From Alphaproteobacteria bacterium (GTDB lineage Bacteria > Pseudomonadota > Alphaproteobacteria > UBA2966): a stretch of 64,000 nucleotides of DNA. Position 1 is the first letter of the stretch; the number at the start of each line of letters is the position of its first letter. A program made the translations under genes and the position numbers. Below, in pieces: positions 42,077-51,898 of this stretch. The notes below the pieces were generated by a model. The model worked only from the letters and a program-made list of their open reading frames with translations, had not been told where the DNA came from and made no database searches. The stretch covers positions 1,056,001 through 1,120,000 of the forward strand of contig OZ219858.1 in the NCBI GenBank assembly GCA_964291395.2, in the 5' to 3' direction.

Positions 42077-42181
42077 GCAAGTGATTGGGCGGCGTATGAG
42101 CGTCGCTGCCACAGAGGTTGGTACATAGTGGTTTCCGACATCCGCGGATTTCAGAATGGTCAAACAATGGAAGGAACTCGT

Positions 42182-43258
42182 ATGACGGTAAGATCGAGAA
42201 TTCGTACCGGCCTTGCGGCCGGCGCGGGCATCGCCGCGATGCTGGGTGCCGGCATGGCGCCAGCGGCTGATTTCGACCTCAAGGTCGCCCATGTGGCCAG
42301 CAGCACCACCCCGGTGCAGATCTGCATCGACGTCATGGAAGGGTACATGGAGCGCATGTCGGGCGGCCGCATCGACGTGCAGTCCTATCCGGCCGGCCAG
42401 CTCGGCAACTTCCGCCAGAACGTGGAGCAGGTGCAGCTCGGCAGTCTCGAGCTGACCTTCACGACCGGCGGCGGAATCTCCAACCTGTTCGGCCCCATCC
42501 AGGCCTTCGACATCCCCTATCTCCTGAAGAACGACCGGGTGGTCAACAAGGTCATGGAAGACGACGAGCTCAACCAGACGCTCGGCGACGACCTCCTGGA
42601 GGCTCTGAAGACCGTTCGCCTGGTCGGCCTGTCGGGTAATCACGGCTGGCGCAGCTTCTTCATCGACAAGGGCCCGACGAACAACCTGCCGGGCGACTGG
42701 CAGGGCAAGAAGATCCGCACCATCGAATCGCCGATCTCGATGGAGCTGGCCAGGGCCGTCGGATTGAACCCGACGCCGATCCCCTGGCAGGAGCTCTACA
42801 CGTCGCTGGCGACGGGCATCGTCTACGGTACGAAGAACTCGCTGATGGACATCATCAACATGGACTTCGACCAGTACCTCAAGTACCTGTTCCGGGATCA
42901 GCACACCTACATCATGTTCTTCTGGTACATGAACGATCCGTTCCTGCAGAAACTGCCGCCCGAGCTGCAGACCGTCTTCGTGGACGGCATGGATCGCCTG
43001 AAGGCCGTGTGTACGGGCCACTTCGAGGTCTACACGCTGCCCTTCTACAAGGAGTTCGCCGAGGTTGGCGGCGAGATCTACGTGCCGACGCCCGAGCAGC
43101 GGCAGTTCCTGCTCAAGGGCCAGCAGGCCGTGGAGAAGTGGTACGTCGACCAGTTCGGCACCGCGTATCCTGACATGATCCGCGCTGCAGTGGCGCGGGC
43201 GGAAGAGGCGATCGCGGCGGAGGACATGCGCGTTCTCGGCCACAAGGCGATGCGCTAG
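42182..43258 (+). CDS. dctP: TRAP transporter substrate-binding protein
   Basis: Signal peptide, YPAGQLG, GKKIRT (conserved Arg), PIPWQELYTSLATG. Confidence 0.9.
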   Translation: MTVRSRIRTGLAAGAGIAAMLGAGMAPAADFDLKVAHVASSTTPVQICIDVMEGYMERMSGGRIDVQSYPAGQLGNFRQNVEQVQLGSLELTFTTGGGISNLFGPIQAFDIPYLLKNDRVVNKVMEDDELNQTLGDDLLEALKTVRLVGLSGNHGWRSFFIDKGPTNNLPGDWQGKKIRTIESPISMELARAVGLNPTPIPWQELYTSLATGIVYGTKNSLMDIINMDFDQYLKYLFRDQHTYIMFFWYMNDPFLQKLPPELQTVFVDGMDRLKAVCTGHFEVYTLPFYKEFAEVGGEIYVPTPEQRQFLLKGQQAVEKWYVDQFGTAYPDMIRAAVARAEEAIAAEDMRVLGHKAMR

Positions 43259-43304
43259 GCATCGGCCCGCGGCGGGCTATCGGCGCCGCCGCGACCGAAA
43301 TCTC

Positions 43305-43332
43305 AGGGGGGCGCTTCGGCGCCCCCCTTTTT
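43305..43332 (+). terminator. Rho-independent terminator after dctP
   Basis: AGGGGGGCGC-TTCG-GCGCCCCCCT followed by TTTT. Confidence 0.85.
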
Positions 43333-43377
43333 GCGGGACAGGGCCTGGGGTCCGACCCCGTGACGATATCGCTGCCG

Positions 43378-44040
43378 CTACTTCGGCTGCGGCACGATAC
43401 GAAGGTAAGGCTTGGGAGCCTCCCATCCTTCCGGGAATTTCTCCCTTGCCTGCTCATCCGACACGGTCGGGACGATGATGACGTCCTCGCCTTGTTTCCA
43501 GTTCACCGGCGTGGCCACTTGATGCTCGGCCGTGAGCTGGCATGAATCCACGAGCCTCAGGACCTCGTCGAAATTCCGCCCCGTGCTCATCGGATAGGTG
43601 AGCATCGCCTTGATCTTCTTGTCCGGCCCGATGACGAACACGGACCGCACGGTGGCGTTGTCCGCCGGCGTCCGTCCTTCGGAGGTCGCGCCGGCATCCG
43701 CCGGCAGCATGTCGAACTGCTTGGCGACGCCGAGGTCCGGATCGCCGATCAGGGGATAGTTCACCGCATGGCCCTGGGTTTCCTCGATGTCCTTGGACCA
43801 CTCCTTGTGGTTGGAGACCGGATCGACGCTCAAGCCCAGGATCTTGCAGTTGCGCTTGTCGAATTCCGGCTTCAATCCGGCCATGTAGCCGAGCTCGGTG
43901 GTGCACACGGGCGTGAAATCCTTGGGATGCGAGAACAGCACCGCCCAGCCGTCCCCGATCCACTCGTGGAAGCTGCCGATGGTCCCTTCGGTGGTCTCCG
44001 CATTGAAATCGGGTACTTCGTCGTTGATTCTGAGTGCCAT
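43378..44040 (-). CDS. 1-Cys peroxiredoxin (Prx6)
   Basis: FSHPKDFTPVCTTE, YPMSTGRNFDE, ATPVNW, PYLR. Confidence 0.95.
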   Translation of the reverse strand: MALRINDEVPDFNAETTEGTIGSFHEWIGDGWAVLFSHPKDFTPVCTTELGYMAGLKPEFDKRNCKILGLSVDPVSNHKEWSKDIEETQGHAVNYPLIGDPDLGVAKQFDMLPADAGATSEGRTPADNATVRSVFVIGPDKKIKAMLTYPMSTGRNFDEVLRLVDSCQLTAEHQVATPVNWKQGEDVIIVPTVSDEQAREKFPEGWEAPKPYLRIVPQPK

Positions 44041-44224
44041 ATCTCTCTCCTGTCGTGACCTTCCTCGGAGCTTAGGTTATCAAGCAGGCGTCATTTCCGT
44101 CGACGCTGCGGACGTGGTTCTGTCGTATGCACGTACATGTGAACGGCTGTGCGACTTGGCAACCGAAATCCTCGGCAAGACGGGTTCCGGCGAGGATATT
44201 TTTGGTGCGACGGGGCGGGCATCC

Positions 44225-44398
44225 ATGCGCCTGCTCACGACAAGCCGGTTCGAAAGGGATCTCCGACGCGCCCGAAGGCGCGGCAAGAACCTCGACAAAC
44301 TCTGGGCCGTCGTGGACCGGCTGCTGGCTGGGGAACCCCTCGAACCGCGCCACCGTGCCCATCGGCTGTCTGGCCAATGGGTCCAGTCCTGTTCGTGA
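44225..44398 (+). pseudogene. Truncated YafQ (RelE/ParE superfamily) toxin
   Basis: MRLLTTSRFERDLRRARRRGKNLDKLWAVVDRLLAGEPLEPRHRAHRLSGQW, then a stop before the ECHIxPDWLLIY core. Confidence 0.8.
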
Positions 44399-44499
44399 GT
44401 GAAGATGGCCTGAGGCGATGCAGGCCTGTCGGCCACTTCATCGATTTCTGCAGGGACTGTGTGCAGGACAAGCGGTAGGTCGCCCTAAGAGAAGGACAC

Positions 44500-44635
44500 G
44501 TGAGCGACGGCGATACGGAGCCGGTTTATGAATGGGATGGGGTCAAACGACGGTCCAACATCGCGAAGCACGGCGTGGACTTCACCGAGACTGCCGCAAA
44601 GCATGGTGAGGAAGCGGCGATAGCTCGCCTCTGTG
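44500..44635 (+). pseudogene. BrnT toxin remnant
   Basis: YEWDGVKRRSNIAKHGVDF matches the BrnT N-terminus; the remainder is missing. Confidence 0.72.
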
Positions 44636-44639
44636 CTCG

Positions 44640-44795
44640 CGTGACCACTAAGGGGCCATGCGGTGCTGGCCAGCTCGGCTTGGCGGGCGGAATTCGTTTT
44701 CGAGAGCACCTTCTTCAAGGTTCAGCGAACGGTGTTCTCCGAGCGGTCGAGTTCACGCGCGATGTCGCGAACGCTTCTGCCCCGATCTAGTCCCG
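44640..44795 (-). pseudogene. Degenerate LuxR-type HTH fragment
   Basis: LDRGRSVRDIARELDRSENTVR*TLKKVLSKTNSARQAEL, with an in-frame TGA; parallels the HTH of the upstream regulator. Confidence 0.72.
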
Positions 44796-44807
44796 ACCAA
44801 GAGGCCT

Positions 44808-45965
44808 TCAGCCGCGGGTCTCCGGAGCGCCTGCCAGGGACCGCACCATGCGCACCAGCTCCGCCTGCCGTGAGAACCCGTGCTTGGCGAACATGTGCTT
44901 CACGTGCGAGCGGATGGTGCTCTCCTTGCGGCCCGTGGCCGTCGCGATCTGGCTCACGCTCATGCCCTGGGCCAGCAGCACCGCAACCCGGCTCTCCATC
45001 CCCGTGAGATCCAGGGCCGCCGCCGCTACGGCGGGATCGATCGAGGTCTCGTGCGCCGGGTCGACGACCAGCACCAGCGCCGCCACCCGCGAAACCGGGA
45101 AATCCGCCTCCCGGCGGCCCACCGGGCTCACGTGCAGCACCAGCGGAGGCAGGACGCCCGGGCGTCTCACGATCGTCGAGCCGCCGGAACCCTGCGCCCC
45201 GAGAGGCGGCAAGGCGCGGCTCAGGAGCGCCTGCAGGTCGTCGTTGTCCCGCCGTGTGCGAGCGGACAGGAACCCGTCGCCGTCGCGCAGGCCGTCGCCG
45301 GTCCGCAGCACGTCCCGGGCGCGGTCGTTCGCCGCCACGATCCGCCCGCGCGCGTCGAGTTGCACGATGCCCAGCCCGGTGTGGTCGAGCATCTCCGTCA
45401 GCGTCGCGCCCAAGGCATCCGCGCGCGCCAGGGTCTGCTGGACGTGCACGGTCTGGCGGATATGCGGCAGGAGACGCCGGATCGAGGCGCGTTGCGCTGA
45501 CGACCAGCCGTCGCCGTCCAACGGGTCGTTGACTTGCCAAAGGATGCGCGTGCCCTTGGGTCCGTCCAGGCGCACGTTGATCGCGTTCCCGGCGTGGGCA
45601 AGGGTTTGCAGCGTGTAGTATGCCTCGGAGGTCTTCCGCTCTTCCTCGGTGTAGAGGTCGGTGATGGGGATCAACCGGTGGAAGGAGCGCTGTCGCAGGC
45701 GGGGTATTCCTTCGTCAATGGGATAGTAGGTCTCCAACCAGAGACGCTCCAGATCCTGGCGCCGTTGCCCGCGAAGGCAGGTCCACATGAAGTAGATCCG
45801 ATAGTCCTCGTCCGACTCCCCGTCGCCGCACGCCAGGGTGCTGCCATGCGTGCCGAGGACCTCGTCGATCAGCGCCGAGGCGCTCGGCCAGCGGGCTGGG
45901 TCGAGCGCCGCCTCGTGCAACGAGGCGAGGATGCGCTCGAACGCGTTCAGTTCGCTTCTGACCAC
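44808..45965 (-). CDS. LuxR-family HTH regulator with PAS-like sensory region
   Basis: 385 aa; C-terminal LTGMESRVAVLLAQGMSVSQIATATGRKESTIRSHVKHMFAKHGFSRQAELV; GIVQLDARGRIVAANDRA PAS-like segment. Confidence 0.88.
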   Translation of the reverse strand: MVRSELNAFERILASLHEAALDPARWPSASALIDEVLGTHGSTLACGDGESDEDYRIYFMWTCLRGQRRQDLERLWLETYYPIDEGIPRLRQRSFHRLIPITDLYTEEERKTSEAYYTLQTLAHAGNAINVRLDGPKGTRILWQVNDPLDGDGWSSAQRASIRRLLPHIRQTVHVQQTLARADALGATLTEMLDHTGLGIVQLDARGRIVAANDRARDVLRTGDGLRDGDGFLSARTRRDNDDLQALLSRALPPLGAQGSGGSTIVRRPGVLPPLVLHVSPVGRREADFPVSRVAALVLVVDPAHETSIDPAVAAAALDLTGMESRVAVLLAQGMSVSQIATATGRKESTIRSHVKHMFAKHGFSRQAELVRMVRSLAGAPETRG

Positions 45966-46147
45966 GGCTTCACAGGCGGACGCTCCGCAGGATGACCCTT
46001 GTTTCCAGAGAAGTGCTTTCTTTCATTGCCGATATTCCCGGCCGCAAACCCGCCTGTCCACGTCGGCGCGACCGCCTGCGGCCTGCCCGCTTACTTTCTC
46101 ACCTCCCCACGTTAGGTGAGGATAGTCGGATTGCGCGCTTCCGTACT

Positions 46148-46163
46148 TCCCCAATATTGGGGA
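46148..46163. promoter_or_regulatory. 16-bp palindromic box, copy 1 (TCCCCAATATTGGGGA)
   Basis: Perfect palindrome; a degenerate copy CTCCCCACGTTAGGTGAG lies at 46103-46120. Confidence 0.75.
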
Positions 46164-46309
46164 GGTGCGACGGGATTGTCGTTTGCGCGCTCAATACCCG
46201 CCTGTTGGACGGCGGCCAATACGCGCGCCAATCAACACACGCCTGCCGAGGGCACCGTCGAAGCGCCGCTCCGCAAACTAGATCGCCCAAGCGGTCGATC
46301 GACAAATCC

Positions 46310-46325
46310 TCCCCAATCTTGGGGA
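46310..46325. promoter_or_regulatory. 16-bp palindromic box, copy 2 (TCCCCAATCTTGGGGA)
   Basis: 15/16 match, followed by CGCG, about 160 bp before tauA. Confidence 0.75.
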
Positions 46326-46486
46326 CGCGCGAAGCCTGGTAATCGGCCTAGGCTTCCAGTTCATTTCGACGCCGGGAAGAGGGGTATGGCGAGAACGGTC
46401 GTGTGGTAGCCGGGAGTGTGCTGGGTTCCATCGGAAGGGACAGGGGCATTCCCAACCGGCGAAACTCTAGAGGGAGGAAGCGAGCC

Positions 46487-47485
46487 ATGAAGAGATGTCT
46501 ACGAAACACCGTCATCGCTGCCGCATCCGTGTTGATCGGTTTCACCGGCAGCGCACAGGCGGCCGACGTGACGGTCGGATTCCAGCTCGTGTACGGCCCG
46601 TGGAAGGCCAAGATGGAGGAGCTCAAGGCGAACGGTCTTGGGGGCAAGAGTATCGAGTTCGTGAAGTTCACTTCCGGCACCGAGGTCATCAATGCCATGG
46701 CGTCGGGCTCGGTCGATATCTCGCTCAACGGGTCGTCACCGACGGCGGCGGGCTACAGCCGCGGCGTCGATCTGCAGGTCATCTACATCTACGACAACAT
46801 CAACAACGCGGAAGCGCTGGTCGTTGATGATTCCGTCACCGCGCCGCAGGACCTCAAGGGCAAGACGATCGCGGTGCCATTCGGCTCCACCACCCACTTC
46901 CACATGATGTTCGCCCTGGAGCAGTTCAACATCCCGCCGAGGGACCTGAAGGTGATCGACATGTCGCCGCCGGACATGGTTGCGGCGTGGGAGCGCGGCG
47001 ACATCAACGGCGGGTTCGTCTGGGATCCGGCCCTCGGGCGCATGAAGGAGAAGGGGCGCGTGCTCCTCACCTCCGGCGACCTCAGCAATTGGGGCAAGGC
47101 CACCTTCGACGCGATGGTCGCGCGCAAGGGGTTCACGGACGAGAACCCCGAGTTCGCCTGCCAGTGGGTGAAGATGGTGTCGTCGGCCGATGCCGACTAT
47201 CGGGGCAACCCTGGAGCCTACGGACCGGGGACCGACAACGCCATGGCGATTGCCAAGAGCGTGTCCGGAGAGGAAGCGCAGGTCGGCGGCGTGCTCGCCC
47301 TGTACGACTATCCGACTCTCGAGGAGCAGGTGTCCGGGACGTGGCTCGGCGGCGGTGTGCAGAACGCCCTGATGGCGGCCTCGGAGTTCCTGAAGTCCCA
47401 GGGCAAGCTCGACGACGTGCTCGAGAGCTACGCCGACTCGGCAACGCCAAAGTTCGCGCAGATGGTGCTGGACGGCGGATGCTGA
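46487..47485 (+). CDS. tauA: Taurine ABC transporter substrate-binding protein
   Basis: GSSP, AEALVV, DLKGKTIAVPFGSTTH, AAWERGDI, VWDPAL resemble TauA. Confidence 0.85.
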   Translation: MKRCLRNTVIAAASVLIGFTGSAQAADVTVGFQLVYGPWKAKMEELKANGLGGKSIEFVKFTSGTEVINAMASGSVDISLNGSSPTAAGYSRGVDLQVIYIYDNINNAEALVVDDSVTAPQDLKGKTIAVPFGSTTHFHMMFALEQFNIPPRDLKVIDMSPPDMVAAWERGDINGGFVWDPALGRMKEKGRVLLTSGDLSNWGKATFDAMVARKGFTDENPEFACQWVKMVSSADADYRGNPGAYGPGTDNAMAIAKSVSGEEAQVGGVLALYDYPTLEEQVSGTWLGGGVQNALMAASEFLKSQGKLDDVLESYADSATPKFAQMVLDGGC

Positions 47486-47517
47486 GCGCATCCCGCGCGA
47501 GCGGTTGACAAGGGACA

Positions 47518-47550
47518 GGCCGGGCGCGGTGCACCCCACCGGGCCCGGCC
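47518..47550 (+). terminator. Intercistronic hairpin after tauA
   Basis: GGCCGGGCGCGGTG / CACCGGGCCCGGCC, 14 bp with one mismatch. Confidence 0.5.
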
Positions 47551-47632
47551 GGACCCTGGTGTGAAATCGGGTCGAATGCGGACGTTCGTCGATCGCGAAC
47601 GGCGGCGTCGACTTTAGAACGGCCATGCGTCC

Positions 47633-48433
47633 ATGACCGCGGTCATCAGCCTCAACCATGTCTCGATGGAGTTCCCGGCCCTCCAGGGACGTGGGAGCGT
47701 CCAGGCGCTCGAGGACGTCAACTTCGAGTTCCGCGACAACGAATTCGTCGTGGCCCTCGGCGCTTCCGGCTGCGGCAAGACCACGCTGCTCAACGTCATC
47801 GCGGGCTTCCTCCCCCCTACCTCCGGAAAGGTCCTGCACAAGGGTATGCCGGTCAGCGGTCCCGGAAAGGACCGCGGCGTCGTCTTTCAAAAGCATGCCC
47901 TGCTGCCGTGGTTCGACGTGATCGAGAACACCGAGTTCGGCCTCAAGCTCCAGGGAATTGCGCGCGCCGAACGCCGGGCCAGAGCGCAGGAAAACCTGGA
48001 CCTGGTCGGGCTGTCGGACTTCGAGAACTACCCGATCTACCAGCTCTCCGGGGGCATGCAGCAGCGCGTCGGCCTCGCCCGGGCGCTGACCTGCGACCCC
48101 GACATGCTGCTCATGGACGAGCCCCTCGGCGCGCTCGATGCCTTCACCCGCGAGAACATGCAGGAGCTGATCCTCGACGTGTGGAGGAAGACGCGGAAGG
48201 TCGTGTTCTTCATCACCCATAGCGTCGAAGAAGCGTTGTTCATGGCGACCCGGCTCATCGTCATGTCCCCGCGGCCGGGCCGCATCACGCACGAGTACGA
48301 TCTCGACTTCTGCGGCCGGTTCTTCGAGACCGGCAACGCGAGGCAGGTCAAGTCCTCGTCCGAGTTCATCGAGGTGCGCGAGGAGATCCTGTCGATCATC
48401 CACGGCGAAGAAGTGGGTGAGCAGATCCCATGA
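47633..48433 (+). CDS. tauB: Taurine ABC transporter ATP-binding protein
   Basis: GASGCGKT, LSGGMQQR, MDEPLGALD, ITHSVEEA. Confidence 0.88.
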   Translation: MTAVISLNHVSMEFPALQGRGSVQALEDVNFEFRDNEFVVALGASGCGKTTLLNVIAGFLPPTSGKVLHKGMPVSGPGKDRGVVFQKHALLPWFDVIENTEFGLKLQGIARAERRARAQENLDLVGLSDFENYPIYQLSGGMQQRVGLARALTCDPDMLLMDEPLGALDAFTRENMQELILDVWRKTRKVVFFITHSVEEALFMATRLIVMSPRPGRITHEYDLDFCGRFFETGNARQVKSSSEFIEVREEILSIIHGEEVGEQIP

Positions 48434-49323
48434 ACCTCTGGATCTTCTCGCGGCGGAAACAACAGGCCGTCGACCAGTACGGGGCGCCGGGCCGCGGCAA
48501 CAGCACCTTCATCAGCGCGGTCACGATCGTGGCGATCCTCGGGGGGTGGTGGGTCGTCACCCACCTCGAGCTGATCCGCCCCCTGTTCCTGCCGTCTCCC
48601 GAATTGGTGATCTCGAAGTTCAACAGGATCGCGTGCACCGACTACTACCTCGAGAAGCTGCTCGTCGCGCTCGGCGCGCGTGACGGCGTCGAGGCCGAGT
48701 GCGCCGGTTTCAGCGAGCACACCCTCTACGAACATATCCTGTGGAGCCTTTACCGGGTATTTCTCTCCTTCTTCCTGGCGGTGGTGACCGCCGTTCCCAT
48801 CGGCATCGCGATGGGCATGAGCCGTTACGCCCGCGGCGTCTTCGACCCGCCGATCGAGTTCTATCGTCCGATCCCACCGCTGGCGTATCTCCCGCTGACG
48901 ATCATCTGGTTCGGGATCGGCGAGTCCGGCAAGCTGTTCCTGATCTATCTCGCCTGCTTCGCTCCCATCGCGATAAACGCCCGGGCCGGGGTGCGCTCGG
49001 TCTCGATCGAGCAGATTCATGCGGCCTATTCGATGGGCGGAACTCCCCAGCAGGTGGTTCGACAGGTGGTGATCAAGGCGGCACTCCCCGAGATCCTCAC
49101 CGGCATGCGGGTCGCGATCGCCTTCGGCTGGACCACGCTGGTCGCGGCGGAGATGGTCGCGGCCAAGGCGGGAATCGGCGTCATGGTTCTGAATGCCGCG
49201 CGGTTTCTGGCCACCGACATCGTGTTTCTCGGTATCGTGGTGATCGGGGCCGTCGCGTTCGTATTCGACCTCATCATGCGGAGAATCGAGCGGGCGCTCG
49301 TCCCGTGGAAGGGGAAGGTCTGA
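48430..49323 (+). CDS. tauC: Taurine ABC transporter permease
   Basis: RPIPPLAYLPL, WFGIGE, GWTTLVAAEM, PWKGK. Confidence 0.88.
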   Translation: MNLWIFSRRKQQAVDQYGAPGRGNSTFISAVTIVAILGGWWVVTHLELIRPLFLPSPELVISKFNRIACTDYYLEKLLVALGARDGVEAECAGFSEHTLYEHILWSLYRVFLSFFLAVVTAVPIGIAMGMSRYARGVFDPPIEFYRPIPPLAYLPLTIIWFGIGESGKLFLIYLACFAPIAINARAGVRSVSIEQIHAAYSMGGTPQQVVRQVVIKAALPEILTGMRVAIAFGWTTLVAAEMVAAKAGIGVMVLNAARFLATDIVFLGIVVIGAVAFVFDLIMRRIERALVPWKGKV

Positions 49324-49514
49324 CGCGGCTGATCGACCGGTCGAAAACGTTGGCGGCGGCTCAATGACGATGGAATGGACGCCTGCTCCATGACACTCCC
49401 GGAGGCACCCCGACGCGTCCCACTCCTCTTTCCGGCAACCGTTCCACGCCCGGGCTGACGAAGTCCTCGCCATTTGAACTCGGCCCGCCCAAGACGCGGG
49501 AAGATTGCCAATTC

Positions 49515-49530
49515 TCCCCAATATTGGGGA
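49515..49530. promoter_or_regulatory. 16-bp palindromic box, copy 3 (TCCCCAATATTGGGGA)
   Basis: Perfect palindrome followed by CGCG, about 167 bp before the TmoX-like gene. Confidence 0.75.
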
Positions 49531-49697
49531 CGCGGAAAACCCCGCAGTTGCCCTAACCTTCCCTGGTCGAATCGGCGACGCCCGGTCGGTGGCGGGCGCG
49601 GCCTCGTCCGCCGGCACAAGCCGCGCCGGACCTCGCCGCTGCCCCCGCCGACCACCCAAGAGGTCTGGTTTGGCTCGAGTAGGAGAGGAGAATTGAC

Positions 49698-50645
49698 ATG
49701 ATCAGCCGGAAGTCGATTGTTGGAAGTATCCTGGGTCTATGTTTGGCGGTCGCGGGTTCCGCGAACGCCGCCGATCCGATCCGCATCCCGCTTCACAATT
49801 GGACCAGCCAGTTGGTGGGCGCGGAAATTGTCGGTCAAATCCTGGAGGCGGCCGGGAGTGAAGTCGAATACGTGCCGGCCGACAGCGGCGCGGTCTACGA
49901 AGCCATGTGCGAGGGCGACGTCGACCTCGTGCACGAGGTCTGGCAAGGCGCCTTCGGCGTTGCCTTCGAAAAGCAGGTTGCCAAGGGATGCGTGATCGAC
50001 GCGGCCACGCACGCCGCTCTGACGCGCGAGGAATGGTGGTATCCGGCGTACGTCGAGGAGGCCTGCCCGGGCCTGCCCGACTGGCAAGCCTTGAACAAGT
50101 GCGCCGAGCTGTTCGCCACCTCCGAAACCGCGCCGAAAGGCCGGTTCCTGGGCGGCCCCGCCGAATGGCTGAAGGGAGACGACGAACGCGTCAAGGGGCT
50201 GGGCATGAACTTCGCCGTGATCAACGCGGGGTCAGCGGACGCGCTATGGGCGGAACTCGCCATCGCTTCCGAAAAGAATAAGCCGATCGTGCTCTTCAAC
50301 TGGACCCCGAATTTCATCGAGGCTCTTTATGAGGGGAAGTTCGTTGAATTCCCGGACTACTTCGAAGGGTGCCGTGAGGATGCGTCAATGGGGATCAATC
50401 CCGAGACCACACACGACTGCGGCAACCCCAAGGATGGCTATCTGAAGATCGGCGTGTGGAAGGAGTTTCCCGAGAATCACCCGGCCGCCTACAAGGTTGT
50501 CCAGAAGATTACCTTCTCCAATCTGGACATTGCCGTAATGTCCAAGCTGGTGGACGTCGACAAGATGGAAGTCAAGGACGCGGCCGCCAAATGGCTGAAG
50601 GACAACGAGGCCAAGTGGCAGGCCTGGCTTTCGCCCAGTGGATAG
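49698..50645 (+). CDS. tmoX: Quaternary amine ABC substrate-binding protein, TMAO-binding TmoX-like
   Basis: HNWTSQ, EVWQGAFG, TREEWWYP, CPGLPDW, FNWTPNF, DCGNP..GYLK resemble Roseobacter TmoX as recalled. Confidence 0.72.
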   Translation: MISRKSIVGSILGLCLAVAGSANAADPIRIPLHNWTSQLVGAEIVGQILEAAGSEVEYVPADSGAVYEAMCEGDVDLVHEVWQGAFGVAFEKQVAKGCVIDAATHAALTREEWWYPAYVEEACPGLPDWQALNKCAELFATSETAPKGRFLGGPAEWLKGDDERVKGLGMNFAVINAGSADALWAELAIASEKNKPIVLFNWTPNFIEALYEGKFVEFPDYFEGCREDASMGINPETTHDCGNPKDGYLKIGVWKEFPENHPAAYKVVQKITFSNLDIAVMSKLVDVDKMEVKDAAAKWLKDNEAKWQAWLSPSG

Positions 50646-50704
50646 TTTGCGACCGGGCTTGGGTGACCCATTGCCCGAGCTCGATCGTCGTTGATGGTCA
50701 GTCG

Positions 50705-50742
50705 AATGCCGGTCAACGGGCCGACCCGTTGACCGGCATTTT
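50705..50742 (+). terminator. 16-bp perfect hairpin after the SBP gene
   Basis: AATGCCGGTCAACGGG-CCGA-CCCGTTGACCGGCATT-TT. Confidence 0.75.
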
Positions 50743-50873
50743 GATTCCAGACAACGCCTGAGACCACTCCGGGGTCGATGCCTGAACTGCCTGACGGACG
50801 TGCCTCTGGTGGTATCAAGCCTTGAAGTCGTTCCTGCAAGAGGACTGCACAGAACAGGAGGAATGATCGCTCG

Positions 50874-51896
50874 ATGGCTGAACCGGTAATTCTCTGTCGC
50901 GGACTTTGGAAGGTCTTCGGGCCGGAGCCTGCGGAATTCCTCGCCCGGCACGGCTCCAATCCGTCCTCCGAGGATTTTCAGGAAACAGGTCATATCGGTG
51001 CGGTCCAGGATGCCAATCTCGACGTTCAGCCCGGCGAGATCCTGGTAATCATGGGCCTGTCCGGATCAGGCAAGTCGACGGTGGTCCGCTGCCTCTCGCG
51101 TTTGGTGGAACCCACCGCTGGCCAGGTGTTGTTTCAGGGCACCGACCTCCTCAAGGCCACTGACAAGGAGTTGATCGAGATACGCCGTCACAAGATGGGC
51201 ATGGTGTTTCAGAATTTCGCGCTGCTCCCCCATCGGACGGTGATCGACAACGTCGCGTTTCCCCTGGAGGTGCAGGGCGTCGACCGCACGAAGCGACACG
51301 ACCGGGCCCGTGAGATCATCGAACTGGTGGGGTTGAAGGGCCGCGAGGGATACTATCCGCGAGAACTGTCGGGCGGCCAGCAGCAGCGCGTGGGAATTTC
51401 CCGATCGCTCGCCGTCGAGCCCGACGTGTGGTTCCTGGACGAACCCTTCTCGGCCCTCGATCCGCTGATCCGGCGGGAGATGCAGGACGAATTCCTCCGC
51501 CTCCAGAACCTGCTGCACAAAACGATCATCTTCATCACCCACGACTTCGACGAAGCCATCCGGCTCGCCGATCGCATCGCCATCATGTACGAGGGAAGGA
51601 TCGTGCAGCTCGGCACGGCCGAGGAGCTGGTTACGAAACCGGCCACCGACTACGTGCGGGCGTTCACGCGCGACATCCCCAAGGCGAAGCTGTTGACGGT
51701 CGCCAGCGTCATGGGACCCCCCGAAGAGGGCCAGGGGGACGGCCCTACGGTCAAGGACGATCAACTCATCGGCGACGTTGCAGGTCTGGTGATCGGCCAG
51801 GACAAGCCCGTAGCCGTCATGGACGCGTCAGGGACTCCGGTGGGCTCCCTGACGCGAGGGCAGGTGGTCGACGTGCTTTTCACCGACGGAAGCTGA
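50874..51896 (+). CDS. Betaine/TMAO-type ABC ATP-binding protein (ProV/TmoW-like)
   Basis: MGLSGSGKST, LSGGQQQR, DEPFSALDPLIR, ITHD. Confidence 0.92.
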   Translation: MAEPVILCRGLWKVFGPEPAEFLARHGSNPSSEDFQETGHIGAVQDANLDVQPGEILVIMGLSGSGKSTVVRCLSRLVEPTAGQVLFQGTDLLKATDKELIEIRRHKMGMVFQNFALLPHRTVIDNVAFPLEVQGVDRTKRHDRAREIIELVGLKGREGYYPRELSGGQQQRVGISRSLAVEPDVWFLDEPFSALDPLIRREMQDEFLRLQNLLHKTIIFITHDFDEAIRLADRIAIMYEGRIVQLGTAEELVTKPATDYVRAFTRDIPKAKLLTVASVMGPPEEGQGDGPTVKDDQLIGDVAGLVIGQDKPVAVMDASGTPVGSLTRGQVVDVLFTDGS

Positions 51897-51898
51897 TC

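Noticed and set aside
44722-44724. In-frame TGA in the LuxR-like fragment as selenocysteine or readthrough
   Set aside because: The fragment has no start or N-terminal domain and no SECIS-like hairpin was seen; a TGG-to-TGA nonsense change is simpler.
49452-49510. Hammerhead ribozyme (CTGACGA core)
   Set aside because: No GAAA after a stem II and no closing stems.
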